64,000 bases of DNA from NCBI RefSeq assembly GCF_947568905.1, contig NC_079165.1, positions 1,302,001 through 1,366,000 on the forward strand. The letters are read 5' to 3'. This DNA is from Ostrea edulis (Eukaryota). A program made the position numbers and the translations under genes. Below the pieces are notes generated by a model. The model was given only the letters and a program-made list of their open reading frames with translations. It was not told the origin of the DNA and searched no databases. Positions 24,387 to 38,880 of this stretch are shown here, in pieces. The stretch's first letter is position 1. Each line of letters opens with the position of its first letter.

Positions 24387-27300
24387 AACGTCTGTCACAT
24401 ATTTGTTTCTGCACCTCTGCAGATACTCTTAAATATAGATGAAGACTGACTGAGATTAGAAAGCAATGGGGACTTGCTCTAATTAGAAGTCGATGATATC
24501 CTCTTGTAAGAAGAAGTCGATGAGAACCAACTATCACATGAAGTCGATGGGAACTGGCTGTGAATAAGCATACAATCTCATGAAGAAATTTCGAAGGAGC
24601 GTTTTGCATGAGGTCGCCAACAACTTGGCCAACAGAAAATTTGTAGTCTGGTATACAAATCATAATCACTAAACGCCTCGTCTGTTGTATAGAGAAAGGA
24701 TTCAAGAAGACGGTTAAATAGCTATGTCAGAAATAGCCGTTATCACTTTAATTACCCGGGGATAGCTTAATGAGTAGGGGGAATGCGTCGTTCCGGATAG
24801 CATCCGATGCAATAAGAATTTGTTTTTGTTTATTGCATATTGATTAGTATAGGATTCTGTAAGCATAATAGAAGTATTTTACTACCATTTAGTTCTATTC
24901 AATGCAGAATCGATGTAGTATGACTAATAAAGCAATGATAAGAACATCTATTGTGTTTTATTCAAACCTTTTTTGTTCTTAATAGCCCCGGTATCTGTAC
25001 ATTCAGGGAAACGTATCCAGTTAAACAGTTAAAGCACATACATTACTGCTGTTTATAAAGCAGTTATTTTTCAACATGATTATGGATATATAAAACGAAT
25101 GAGGTTGACTTTAAAATCGATCTTATAACATATCTACCTGACAAAGGGCTCACAGTCAACAATGGATACTTACTCCTCCTAAACACTAGATCTGAACTCT
25201 GGTATTTCTATGGCTCCGTGTTTTCCCTAATCCTGATTCTGTATTCTTGAAAGGAATTCTGAGATTGATCTCTTTTTGTTATCTTCACAATGTTTTGTTA
25301 ATCTTACTTAGTCTTTCAAAGCTATTCTAACTCATGAATTTTCGTACGATATACCTAAACTTTCAATGGTTCCGGCTTTACCTTCAGAAACATCTTTGGA
25401 TATAAACACAAATATTCACTGTTTTGGTTTTCCAGTGATACAGCTGGTTCAGGGACGGGAGCAATCCTTTTAATTATTTTGTGTAATGCATTGTACATTC
25501 TACATTGTATTGCAACCTTGAAATCGTCTTTATATCTCGATCATCACTGACTTTTAAGCAAATGTAATTTACATAATCATTGCGACCAGATGCAGTACAT
25601 TTGAAAGTGCAATAATATACAGTATATCGCGGTGTTTGATGTTTATATGTTTTTATTCCTCTTGCATCGATTAATAAGAAAAGTTCTGAGAGCAACTTCT
25701 CACACAACAGAAATCTCTTTTGGTATCTGATACTTTCTTGCATACTCTCGAAAACTGAAAACTATGCTGCATGATTTGCATTTTAGACCTCATTTCTTTT
25801 ATAGATCTTGCTCCCAAGACGTTTCAGTGAATATATAGTAAGCTTTATCACTGTAAAAAAGGTCGGCCTGCATATAGCCGATATCATTGCACTTTTAAGA
25901 TTATTACAATAGTTTTGTAGGTTCTAAATTTACAATGACACGTGATAGTCACGTGATATTAAACATTGGCCTCTATGAAAATGTATGGAAGCTTACTAGG
26001 CATCGGGCATGAATGTCCATTCTTTCTCGGATATTTTTCATTGAATATTATCCATGTAAAAATCTTGTGACTGTTCTAAGTATATACTTTACTTTATACC
26101 TGTATAGGACGCCTTAATTCAATCGTGTGATATGAAACAGGTTAGACAGCTTTCAACTCAGTGATAGATTATATATATGCAAATTATATTATTATAACGA
26201 TCACAGAATTTCAAAATGTTGATTTTCAACAAGACTATTGAAAGTCCTATAATGTCAACTTAATTGTCTGTGCCCTGTTTCAATCTAAAATGCGATCATA
26301 CATAGAACATGCTCTCGTACATCGACAAAATGGGGATTCTTACACAACATGACTAGGTGATGATGGAATATTGATACACAAATATTGAAAGTTAAGGATA
26401 AAGAAGCTGAATTCATCTTTCTTTCAGAAAGTTCTTTATTATTTTGCCATTTGCATACATGTTCAACAAAATATCCATATAATATCCATATAAGGCATGT
26501 ATCAAGCAGATATAAATGACTCTGTGGCGTCTTTTATTTAGAGTTCACTGGGGTGAAAAGGTGAAGATAATGAACATTGATCAATCTCATAAGTCCTATA
26601 ACGAAAACAAAATTAAAAGTCAGTTTCAAAGGAATCATTTGGAATATTACGGAATACTCCGCCTTACATGTATGCGATTCTCCACAAGTTACTTTGAACT
26701 GTCCTTTGTACGACAAATCCACATGTATGACAAACAAACGATCAACAGCAGTAAAGTGCAAGGAATAAATTTCACCTTTGAAAATACATGATATTTAATG
26801 TTGACGAAAGTGAGAGCAAAATAAATCACAGATACCTTTCGTATTGCAGTATATCACGATATACCGTTGTTCATTGGATGACACCAGTCTCATAAACCAG
26901 GGATCACAGGTCCCGCCGGACATTATAATATTCTACATTTTTAGACTGCCACATGTTGAATATATCTTTTACGATTCTATTTCAAGCAAATATTCTGAAC
27001 CCTGTGTTTGAGAAGAGCATGTTTTAGGAAATGTTTTAGAGATTTACGAGACTTTTGTTACTAAATTCGAATCGAATTTCTTCATAATGTAATTTGAATT
27101 ATACAGAAATAATTCCCTTTATCATCAGATGATTTGCCTTTCACATATGGTGATATTGTTTATTGTAAAATTCTTGTTATTGCTCTATTGTGGTTTTATA
27201 TACTTCATAATGTCTTCATTAACATATCATCATTTTAGAGTATATCAAGAATCTGATTGGGCAGTGCGACAATGAGACATATAACTTGGACTTGCTGTTT

Positions 27301-29215
27301 GTTTTGGTAAACCGCATTTCTTAATGAACAAGACGACAATATTTTGTATGAATTTATGGATGAAAGAAACATTAAATGTAAATTTGGAGATATTATGTGC
27401 CATTACTTCATTCATTTGTAAACTCTGAGTGTATAGAAAACCATTATTACTCATTAGCTTAATCGTTAATCATTCTGGAAGAAAAATTAAAACGAATGCT
27501 TGCATGTACTGTGGGGCTATACTTTTTATCATTATGAATTTATAAATAACATTTTGATGCAATGACCGTGGGGTTTGAATTGTAGACATGGTAAGTGCTC
27601 TACTCTGGTCTGAATTACAATTGATGTTTGACAAGTTTTAGTCCTGACGTAAACTATTTTGATTTCCTCTCTCTCTTTTGCAGATGCAAACGCGTTTATG
27701 TTCTCACAATCATACACGCCCCTGTTATAATATTAACTACAGTCGCTTTCACTGTCTACATTTTGTAAGAAGATAAAAATGGCCTTCTACTTACTGTACG
27801 ATACAAAATGGGGAGATGAACATAGCTCCTATAAAGAATACAATATTAAGAGTAGGGCAAACACGGACCTCTTTATATATCAGAGGTGGGATCAGATGGC
27901 TAGGGGGAGTAAGCATCCCCTGTTGACCGGTCACACCCGCGTTGAACCTTACAACTTGATCAAGTAAACACAGTAATTCAAAAGCAGTTTATATTTATGT
28001 GAGGAGCAAAGACATGAGCTTTGTAGAACATTTGCTGGATCTAGTAGTTTATCTGTTTGTAAGGGGTTTTGTGTAATTTTGAAATTCAGTATAGGTACAG
28101 CAATTCATATTTGTCGGTCGACAGGGGTGATTTCTCCCCCTAGACACCTGATCCCACCTCTGGTGTGTCCAGGGGTCCGTGTTTGCCCAGTTATCTATTT
28201 TGCATTGCTTATGAGATTTATGAGGTCAATCACTGTTCGTTATCTTCACCTTTCGTGCGTTTGTTTCATTGACCTGGCTATCACATGTGTTTAACACTAA
28301 AGCATGATTTTGGAAAATATCGTCTTTGAAAAGGAAACTTGGAGTATAAGAAGGATTACCAAATGTGGAATTAATGCCAAGTTCGTTTAGAATGCAGCTG
28401 TAATAATGATACTTACAAATACAGACAATCGCATCATGAGCTTTTGTCAGCTGGATCCAATACATATTCCTCATGGAATCTATATAATTATCTCATCATA
28501 TCTGGTTTACTAAACACAGAATGATAGTTGGTACGTAGTTTTGTTGTTATGTGTCGAATACGAGATTGTAATCATACATCACTCAATTTTCTTCATATTT
28601 ATCATATATCAACTATAATACGACGAATTCCATAGAGTGTGTAATAGTCACCAAATACTGTTTTATTTATGGTTTAGTTCAATTCAAATAAACTAAGTTT
28701 CCTTGAATTTGAATTATATTTGTAATGTTGCGACATTCATTTACGCATTTGAACAATGTATTACTAATTGGGAGGAATATAGTTTAATCATTTATATGTT
28801 TCAAATCAGTTATTGTTTTCTTTATATAAGTAAGATATACTTTTTTGAAAAATTTCAACTGCATACTGAAATATATCTTAATCTCAATATTCAATCGTTA
28901 AAATGTAATGTAAATCTCCCAGGCATCAAAATGAATTAAGGGTTTTTACAATTAGTGTTGCATCGCTTTTAACATCATCATACATAATTCACACATATTT
29001 TTGAATAATGCATTCAGCTTCTAAACCAATCCCTATCATATTTCATAAATCTTAAAATCATATTCGTAAATGCCGTGCACATTTCACGGAGATACTTCCC
29101 GTTTCGATGCTAATTCCTTTAGAGAAAGGATATCGTGATTTGAAGATATTTAAGAGAAAAATATTTAGTACAAAGTCAAGATTTATCTAGCCTAAATCAA
29201 CTGGAGAAATATCAT

Positions 29216-29423
29216 ATGCAAGGTGAAGATAACGAACAGTGACCAATCTCATAACTCCTACAAGCAATACAAAATAGATAGTTGGGCAAACACGGACCCC
29301 TGGACACACCAGAGGTGGGATAAGGTGCCTAGGAGGAGTAAGCATCCCCTGTTGACCGGTCACACCCGCCGTCAGCCCCATATCCTGATCAGGTAAACGG
29401 AGTTATCCGCAGTCAAAATCAGT
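29216..29423 (-). mobile_element. Young 5'-truncated Naiad tail insertion
   Basis: Nearly identical to ~915-1124; empty sites at ~19200 and ~41932. Confidence 0.85.
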
Positions 29424-32400
29424 AAACGTGATTGCACAAACGTTGGAGAGTACGTTCATGAATTGTTTATGTTTTATTTGTTTTATAACCAATTACATCA
29501 ATATGAATGAACATGTGAAATGGATTGTGTTATTAAAAATATCAAAATATACAATTGAACTATGATCTATGCTAATCTCCTGTCATTTCGATCACATTGA
29601 AATGTACCATATAACATATGTATTAAACTATCAATTCAGACAGCAAAACATCAAGGGGACATTGATATTTAAAATTATCATGGATATATGATTTGCCAAC
29701 CTAAGAAATGTCACATGTCAGGTAGAACGTTTTCCATTTGTACTTTGAAATTATTGATTATAGCAAAAAAATAGGTCATAGTTTTCGAAATCTTCAATCA
29801 CTGTCTTCTGCGAGATTAATCTCTCGTCCTTCATAATCTTACTTTTCAAGAACAATTTATGTTTTTGTACCTAGGGACAATCATTTCAAGGACAGATAAG
29901 AATTTTTGTGCATCAAACGATCTTAACATTACATTCTCCAAGAAAGAGGTTTATTACAAATACAAGTCATATTAACAAAATTCCGATTTTTGTCTTAAAC
30001 CCAATAGTGTTCATGGTGATAATAACATACCATACGCGTTAATATATTCAAGAGGCAGCCAGGCAGACACCACGGCATAATTGTAAGAATCATTGCTTTT
30101 ACATATGATAGTCATACTGTCAAATATTCCATTTAAGCATCCTGTGTAAGTGTATGTTAAAAAGTGTGATATTATTTAAATGTAATTTTATCAAAAGGTG
30201 GAGATCAATCTCATAGCTCCTATAAAGAGTACAAAATTAAATGTTGGGCAAACACGGACAACTGGACATTCCAGGGGTGATATTAGGTGACTAAGAGGAG
30301 TAAACATCCCCTGTCGACCGGTCACACCCGCAAACAAGTCAATGATAATTGTTCAATTTATATCTGATCATTTCATTACCATGTGTAAATCTTCGAAATA
30401 ACTTATCTTTGATAATTAACGTGCATGAAAATTGACTTTTTTTTTTCAATCCACATCATTTTAATCAAATAAGAGTAAGTTGAAATTGCTTGTCTTTGTA
30501 TTTGGTTTGAGATTGATTTAATATCTTCGTTATTAATTCGTATTCATTCGTTCAACACAATTTGAAGTTCATGGCATAAAGAGTATTTTTCAAAAAACTA
30601 AGAAGAAAAAGTACAGCCTTGTCCTAAATCTACGGGAGCTTTTCGGGTATTAATTATTAAATTTATATCTGTCCGTGGTGTTTTATCCACACTAAGTCAT
30701 CTAAAATTACAATGTACCAAAGCAAAATCATTTGTTAATAGGATATGCAAAGCGGCAGATAACATGTGAAAATAATCTCGCTTAAATGCATACTCTTCCA
30801 AATGATATGTTCGTTATAATTATCTAATTTGCAAATACAAGCTATCACGGGGTTGAATGCTGTACACCGCCGTTTGATTCCAATTGTTAGTCCGTTATTG
30901 ACATAAAAAATATAAATAACAGTGATCAATCTCACAACTCCTATAAGGAATACAAATTAAAAGTTGAGCAAGGACGGACTCCTAAATATACCAGTCGTAG
31001 GATCAGGTGCCGAGGAGTAGAAAGCACCCCCCATCTACCGATCACATCCTGCGTTAGCCCTATTTCTTGATCAGGTAAACCGAGCAACCTGGTGTGGCCC
31101 GGGATCTGAATTTCCTCTACCCTGGAATTTATATTCTTTATGAGAATCACGAAATTGATCACTGTTAGTGATTTTCACTTGTTCATATAGAGTGTTCATG
31201 TGCACAATCATCTGGTTTCAAGATTTATCATACTGTAAACACATATTGCACATTAGCAGCATATTCTTCCTAAAATAAATATTTAGGTGAAAGGTGAAGA
31301 TAACGAACAGTGATCAGGATAAGAAAACCATATATAATCAGGAAATATCTTTTATCAAATTATGGTGATTCAGAACATTAATTTGGCATTGAAATGCTCT
31401 CAGTATTCATTAAATGATTTACATATGCATTCCCTACCTGGTACGCTATGATTTCCATGATGAAATTAATCGATTGAAAAGTACTTAATATCAAAATGTA
31501 TCACGAACAACGACCTTTCAAGTCTCATTCATCTACCGCATTATGATCAGCGCTTTTGTCAACTAGTATACTGAACTAAGACCAGCCATTGCCACATAAT
31601 TTTAAAGGTGAATGCTAGCCTACAGACATTTGTTGACTTATTTCAGTAATATCTCCAGAGTAGAGTGTTAGCATATATATTTAAAGCAATAAAAATATCA
31701 GTTGTGTGTCACAGAAAGTATGTACCTTTATCAAACTGGATTTTGCGAATTCTTCGTTTTGTGTTGGTTTCATTTTGTTTTTGGACAAAATTGCGAAAAA
31801 TATTTAAAAAGAAATACAAGTACAGTGGGCATCTCGCATATGAATCGAAATACAAGGTTTGCTTTAAAAGCAGTAAATATTAAAGACGATGCTGAATATA
31901 TCGTTATCATTATCACAACTATTGATAGAATCACGATTATATATATCCCCTATTTTTTTCTAGTTTTTCTTGATGTGCTGATTCTATATATCCCAGTGAA
32001 CTCGAAATAAAAGACACCTCAGAGCCTTCCACATCTGCTTCATACTTAGATTTTTTCTGAGTATAGATGTTAATAGCAAACTAACAACTCAACTTTATGA
32101 CTTCAGCTTCTCAATCATCAAATTTCCATATTTATGTAGCAATATTCTATTATCGCCTGTGTATTGTGTTTATGCCTCTCAACTGATTATATACGCAAGA
32201 GTTTGGTCTGCGTATGATCAGTTTTTAAATCGAGGCATGTACTGTCAAATACTTTGAGGTTACAGGGGACGCAGCCTCTGGTATATCCAGTTGTCCGTGC
32301 TTGCCATACTTTTCAATCTATATTCCTTATACGAATCATGACATTGATTAATGTTCCTTTTTTCAAAAGCAACGTGTAAAGAACGGTCCAATGATTGTAA

Positions 32401-33055
32401 TCAAAGAAGTCTTTAAATCTTTTAAAATATCAACAGAGAGTGTGAACTATCGAATTTTCCTCATGAAACATCTATTCGCTGAACTGAAAATAGATATTTC
32501 TGAGTTTTATTCGCTAATATAGTTGAAACTTCGTCTGATAAACAGTTACGTCCTTTCATGCATGAAACTTTTATGCCCTCGTTTGCTGTCTTCAAAACAT
32601 ATTTCAAATATTTAACTCGTCTTAAATTACCTTCAAAATTCCGGCATTGTTTTGATATGATTTCCACTACATGTAACATTTAAACAGAATTCACACCAAT
32701 CACTATTTCATGATATAAACATTTTTTCTGGGATTTTTTAAACAGCATAATTCAAATCCCTTCCTCCTAAAATATTATTTTTACCATCTTTCCACTCGAA
32801 TGTCACGAGATGTATAGGGAAATAATGGGATTTCATTACATGTAGACACATGATTTCAGTTCAAATATTCTGAGGTAATGACACTATGATTTATTTGTAT
32901 GTGTGCTAAATGTGAATTACATGAGATGGTAAATGATATATCCTTGTCTTATGTTTTAAGTTTGACAATAAGGAGGATAAAGACATCATGTAGAAAATAA
33001 ATTATTATTATTATTATTATTGAATTGATTAAGAAATTTATGCATAACAACATAC

Positions 33056-33400
33056 ATGTAAAACTTATACGGTACCAATTTTGATGCACCAGATGCGCAT
33101 TTCGACAAATAATGTCTCTTCATGTAAATGCAAGGTGAAGATAACGAACAGTGATCAATCTCATAACTCCTACAAGCAATACAAAAATAGATAGTTGGGC
33201 AAACACGGACCCCTGGACACACCAGAGGTGGGATCAGGTGCCTAGGAGGAGTAAGCATCCCCTGTTGACAGATCACACCCGCCGTGATCCCCATATCTTG
33301 ATCAGGTAAACGGAGTTATCCGCAGTCAAATCAGTGTGTCAAGAACGGCTTAACAATCGGTATGAAACACGTCAGACAGCATTTGACCAAATGCGAAGTT
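33056..33400 (-). mobile_element. Composite insertion: Naiad 3' end (33128-33400) fused to retrozyme 3' end (33056-33122)
   Basis: Same orientation, short linker. The hammerhead is truncated at ..TGAAGA. Empty sites at ~22432 and ~45502. Confidence 0.8.
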
Positions 33401-34414
33401 GAATATTTACTCAAAATTTATCAGAAAATGATTATTTATATCAACTGGTACTAAAATACTGCAAAAACATACAATAATTGGTAAACAAAGGAAGACAGCT
33501 TGTTTATATAAATAAATCACCAATTATATCATCCATCTTTTATATTGCTTGCAAATCCCGAATTTATGAATTTTATGATAATTGTCTGTGCTGCCTATGT
33601 CATTCATTCATTTATCCACCTGTCATCAGTTTGCATAAAAAGTGAAGATAAGGAACAGTGATCAAATTCATAAATCCCTCAAAATTACAAAATTAAGAGT
33701 AGGGCAATCTCGGACCCCTGGACACACCGAGTGAGTCCTGGAACCTATTTCAATTTTTGATTATTTTAGGCAAAGAATGTATGTGAGATACTCAATCTTT
33801 TTATTGTTTTTTGTTTGTTTGTTATTATATTGTATTATCGATAGTTCTCTTATTCTCCATAAACTATGTGTGATATAACATCTCCGATTGTGATAACATT
33901 GTCTATGATTTTGTAAAGTTAGATGAGATATTTGTGATATATATTTATAAGTATTCATCATACCAAATCCAATCGTAATATATGATCCCTTGCTATGCAA
34001 AATCCTTTTATTCTTTTAATGATAATTGTTAAATTTTACATGCTTTTCTTCAATAATAATAGTTATTCTTTACGTTCTGTTTTTGTAACGAACGAAACAA
34101 TATACTTGAAGATGTTTATGTGTGGTAATTAAAAAACCACCAAATACGTTTACAGTTTAAATAACCTTAGGCCATTAAACACATTCACAAATAAAGAATG
34201 AATTAGGAATTGCGGTTTCCCATCTCTCCAATGTCTTCAGGGAACCCATCCAAATGTTGAGCTTTATTGCATACGAATAGCATCCAATCAAATTTGCATC
34301 CTTTCCTAAAAATGCTAATAATATGCTAAATAAGAGAGAACCCTAGTATAAAAGACAGAAAGAGTAAAGTCTGAAGTATTCTAGGCCACAATCTGGACTT
34401 GTCTAAGAGAAATA

Positions 34415-35167
34415 ATGGAAACTATAGCTCAAAACATGTGGGAATGTGTTATCAACAGTAATTTGGGAGCATTGAAAAAAATGCTGAAATGTGGAGTCGA
34501 TCCCAATATCACTGATGAGAATGGGGAACCTCTGATTTTTACCATTATTGTTAATGGAGATTTGGAATTACTGAAGATGTTGTTGGTTTACTGTGATGTC
34601 AACATTGAAAACAAAGATGGAAGATCTGCTCTGATGCTGGCTATTGAAATGGACGATGTGGAAATGATCAAAGCATTGATCAAAGCAGGTATACATAACT
34701 CTTAAATATATTCCAAAGACATGAATCTTATTTGTTGATATTTCATTTTATCAGTTACGTATTTCAATTATACAATACTTTATTGTCATTGTTTCTGATT
34801 TCCAGGGGCTCGAGTGAACAAGAGTGATAATTCCGGTAAAACCCCCTTGTTATTGGCTTTGGAGGAAGGAAAATTCAGAATCGCTGAATACCTTATCAAA
34901 CATGGAAGTGACGTGAATGAAATGGATTGTCTTGGTCAAACAGCCCTACATCTCGTTGCTATGGGGGAACACAATGACTGTACGAAAATCGTTAAAATCC
35001 TGTTTCACTGCGGATACGTGATGAAAGAGGCAGATAAGTGGATATGTCTTGAGGATCTGATAGGCAATAAACGTCTTCAGTCTAAAGACGCAAAACTGCT
35101 TCACAAAATCAAAACATTTTGGAAGAGTTTCGTACGGGAATACAATGTGATACCAAGAGAGTCTTGA
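34415..35167 (+). CDS. Ankyrin-repeat protein copy 2, 211 aa (exons 34415-34688, 34806-35167)
   Basis: Splice AAAGCAG|GT...TTCCAG|GG keeps frame. About five ANK repeats (GEPLIFTII, GRSALMLAI, GKTPLLLAL, GQTALHLVA). TATAAAAG at 34347-54. Confidence 0.88.
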
Positions 35168-37737
35168 AACGTCTGCCACACATTTATTTTCTGCACCTCT
35201 GCAGATACTCTTAAATATAGATGAAGATTGACTGAGATTAGAAAGCAATGGGGACTTGCTCTAATTAGAAGTCGATGATATCCTCTTGTAAGAAGAAGTC
35301 GATGAGAACCAACTATCACATGAAGTCGATGGGAACTGGCTGTGAATAAGCATACAATCTCATGAAGAAATTTCGAAGGAGCGTTTTGCATGAGGTCGCC
35401 AACAACTTGGCCAACAGAAAATTTGTAGTCTGGTATACAAATCATAATCACTAAACGCCTCGTCTGTTGTATAGAGAAAGGATTCAAAAAGACGGTTAAA
35501 TAGCTATGTCAGAAATAGCCGTTATCACACTAATTACTCGGGGACAGTTTGATGAGGAGAGGAAATGCGTCGTTCCGGATAACATCCGATGCAATAAGAA
35601 TTTGTTTTTGTTTATTGCATATTGATTAGTATAGGATTCTGGAAGCATAATAGAAGTATTTTACAACCATTTAGTTCTATTCAATGCAGAATCGATGTAG
35701 TATGACTAATAAAGCAATGATAAGAACATATATTGTGTTTTATTCAAACCTTTCTTGTTCTTAATAGCCCCGGTATCTGTACATTCAGGGAAGAGTATCC
35801 AGTTAAACAGTTGAAGCACATACATTACTGCTGTTTATAAAGCAGTTATTTTTCAACATGATTGTGGATATATAAAAAGAATGAGGTTGAGTTTAAAGCG
35901 ATCTTATGACATATCTACCTGACAAAGGGCTCACAGTCAACAATGGATACTTACTCCTCCTAAACACTAGATCTGAACTCTGGTATTTCTATGGGTCTGT
36001 GTTTTCCCTAATCCTGATTCTATATTTTTGAAAGGAATTCTGAGATTGATCTCTTTTTGTTGTCTTCAAAATGTCTTGTTAATCTTACTTAGTCTTTCAA
36101 AGCTATTCTAACTCATGAATTTTCGTACGATATACCTAAACTTTCAATGGTTCCGGCTTTACCTTCAGAAACATCTTTGGAAATAAACACAAATATTCAA
36201 TGTTTTGGTTTTCCAGTGAAACAGCTGGATCAGGAACGGGGGCAATCCTTTTAATTATTTTGTGTAATGCATTGTACATTCTACATTGTATTGCGACCTT
36301 GAAATCGTCTTTATATCTCGATCATCACTGACTTTTAAGCAAATGTAATTCACATAATCATTGCGACCAGATGCAGTACATTTGAAAGTGCAATAATATA
36401 CAGTACATCGCGGTGTTTGATGTTTATATATTTTTATTCCTCTTTCATCGATTAATAAGAAAAGTTCTGAGAGCAACTTTTTACACAAAAGAAATCTCTT
36501 TTGGTATCTGATAATTTCTTGCATACTCTCGAAAACTGAAAAGTATGCTGCATGATTTGCATTTTAGACCTCATTTCTTTTATAGATCTTGCTCCCAAGA
36601 CGTTTTAGTGAATGTAAAGTAAGCTTTATCACTGTAAAAAAGGTCGGCCTGCATATAGCCGATATCATTGCACTTTTGAGATTATTACAATAATTTTGTA
36701 GGTTCTAAATTGACAATGACCCGTGATAGTCACGTGATATTAAACATTTGGCTCTACGAAAATGTATGGAAGGTTACTAGTTATCGGCATGAACGTCCAT
36801 TCTTTCTCGGATATTTTTTCATTGAATATTATCCATGTAAAAATCTTGTGACTGTTCTAAGTATATACTTTACTTTATATCTGTATAGGACGCCTTAATT
36901 CAATCGTGCGATATGAAACAGCTGATTAGACAGCTTTCAACCCAGTGATAGATTATATATACGCAAATTATATTATTATAACGAGATTTTCAAAATGCTG
37001 ATATTCAACAAGACTATTAAAAGTCCTATAATATCAACTTAATTGTCTGTGCCCTGCTTCAATTTAAAATGCGATCATACATAGAACATGCTCTCGTACA
37101 TCGAGAAAATGGGGAGTCTTACACAACATGCCTAGGTGATGATGGAATATTGATACACAAATATTGAAAGTTAAGGATAAAGAAGCTGAATTCATCTTGC
37201 TTTCAGAAAGTTGTGTTATTATTTTGCCGTTTGCATACATGTTCAACAAAATATCCATATAATATCCATATAAGACATATATCAAGCAGATATAAATGAC
37301 TCTGTGACGTCTTTTATTTAGAGTTCACTGGGATGAAAAGGTGAAGATAATGAACATTGATCAATCTCATAAGTCCTATAACGAAAACAAAATTAAAAGT
37401 CAGTTTCAAAGGAATCATTTGGAATATTACGGAATATCCCGCCTTACATGTATGCGATTCTCCACAAGTTACTTTGAACTGTCCTTTGTACGACAAATCC
37501 ACATGTATGAGAAACAAACGATCAACAGCAGTAAAGTGCAAGGAATAAATTTCACCTTTGAAAATACATGATATTTGATGTTGACGAAAGTGAGAGTAAA
37601 ATAAATCAGATACCTTTCGTATTGCAGTATATCACGATATACCACAGTTGATTGGATGACACCAGTCTCATAAACCAGGGATCACAGGTCCCACCGGACA
37701 TTACAATATTCTACATTTGTAGACTGCCACTTGTTTA

Positions 37738-38172
37738 ATGTAAAACTTATACGGTACAAATTTTTATGCACCAGATGTGCATGTTAACAAATAATGTCTC
37801 TTCAGTGATGCTGAAGTCGAAATTTGGGAAATTCGAAATGACAAAAAACTTGTAACAGCTAAAAGGAAAACTAGAGTGCCAAATAAACTGGAGCCAAATT
37901 CGTCCAAGTATCAGAGCTATGCACGAGGGAGATATCATCCTCAATTTTGAAATGCACTTTTAAATTTTATCCGAGCAATTAAATATGAATCCGTATTTTC
38001 AAGCTAGTAACGAAGTACTTAGCTACTGGAGTGTAGAGACCCTCGGAGACTAACAGTCCACCAGGAGTGGCCTCGACACAGTGGTCATAATGTGAAACTT
38101 ATACGATACCAATTTTGATACACCAGATGCGCATTTTGACAAACAGTGTCTCTTCAGTGATGCTCAAGCCGA
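37738..38172 (-). mobile_element. Diverged retrozyme-like tandem copy (paralog of 16531-16968)
   Basis: Degenerate hammerhead motifs at 37768-37811 and 38120-38163, in the same flanking context as the 16.5-kb copy. Confidence 0.8.
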
Positions 38173-38880
38173 ATATTTCTTTGTTTTACGAAATGTTTTA
38201 GAGATTTACCAGATTTTTGTTACTAAAATCGAATCGAATTTCTTCATAATGTAATTTGAAATATACAGAAATAACTCCCATTATCATAATATGATTTGCC
38301 TTTCAGATATGTTTGCACTTACTGTGGTGCTATACTTTTCATCATTATGAATTTATAAATAACATTTTGATGCAATGACCATAGGGTTCGAATTCTAGAC
38401 ATTGTAAGTGCTCTACTGTAGTCTGAATTACAATTGATGTTTTAGTCCTTGATGTTAGCTATTTTGATTTCCTCTATCTTTTGCAGATGTACACGCGTTT
38501 ATGTTCTCAAAATTATACAAGTCCGTGTTTAAATATGAACTACAGTCGCTTTCACTGTCTTCACTTTGTAAGAAGATAAAAATGGACTTCTTCTTACTGG
38601 ACAATTCAAATGAATTCTTGTGAAAAAGGGGGAGATGAATAAACAGTGATCAGTTTCATAACTCCTATAAAGAATACCAGATTAAGAGTAGGGCACCCCT
38701 CGATATACCAGAGCTGGGATCAGAAGGCTAGGAGGAGTAAGTATCCCCATGTTGACCGGTCACACCCACGCTGAACCTTACAACTTGATCAAATAAACAA
38801 AGTAATTCAAAAGCAGTTTATATTTATGTGAGGAGCAAAGACATGAGCTTTGTAGAACATTTGCTGGATGTAGCAATTTA

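Larger units (their letters stand above)
14560..25510. repeat. Segmental duplication unit A (~11 kb)
   Basis: Collinear with 25511-36293 and 36294-47960; anchor TTGAAATCGYCTTTATATCTCGATCATC at ~14568, ~25518 and ~36299. Boundaries approximate. Confidence 0.9.
25511..36293. repeat. Segmental duplication unit B (~10.8 kb)
   Basis: Collinear with units A and C. Confidence 0.9.
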
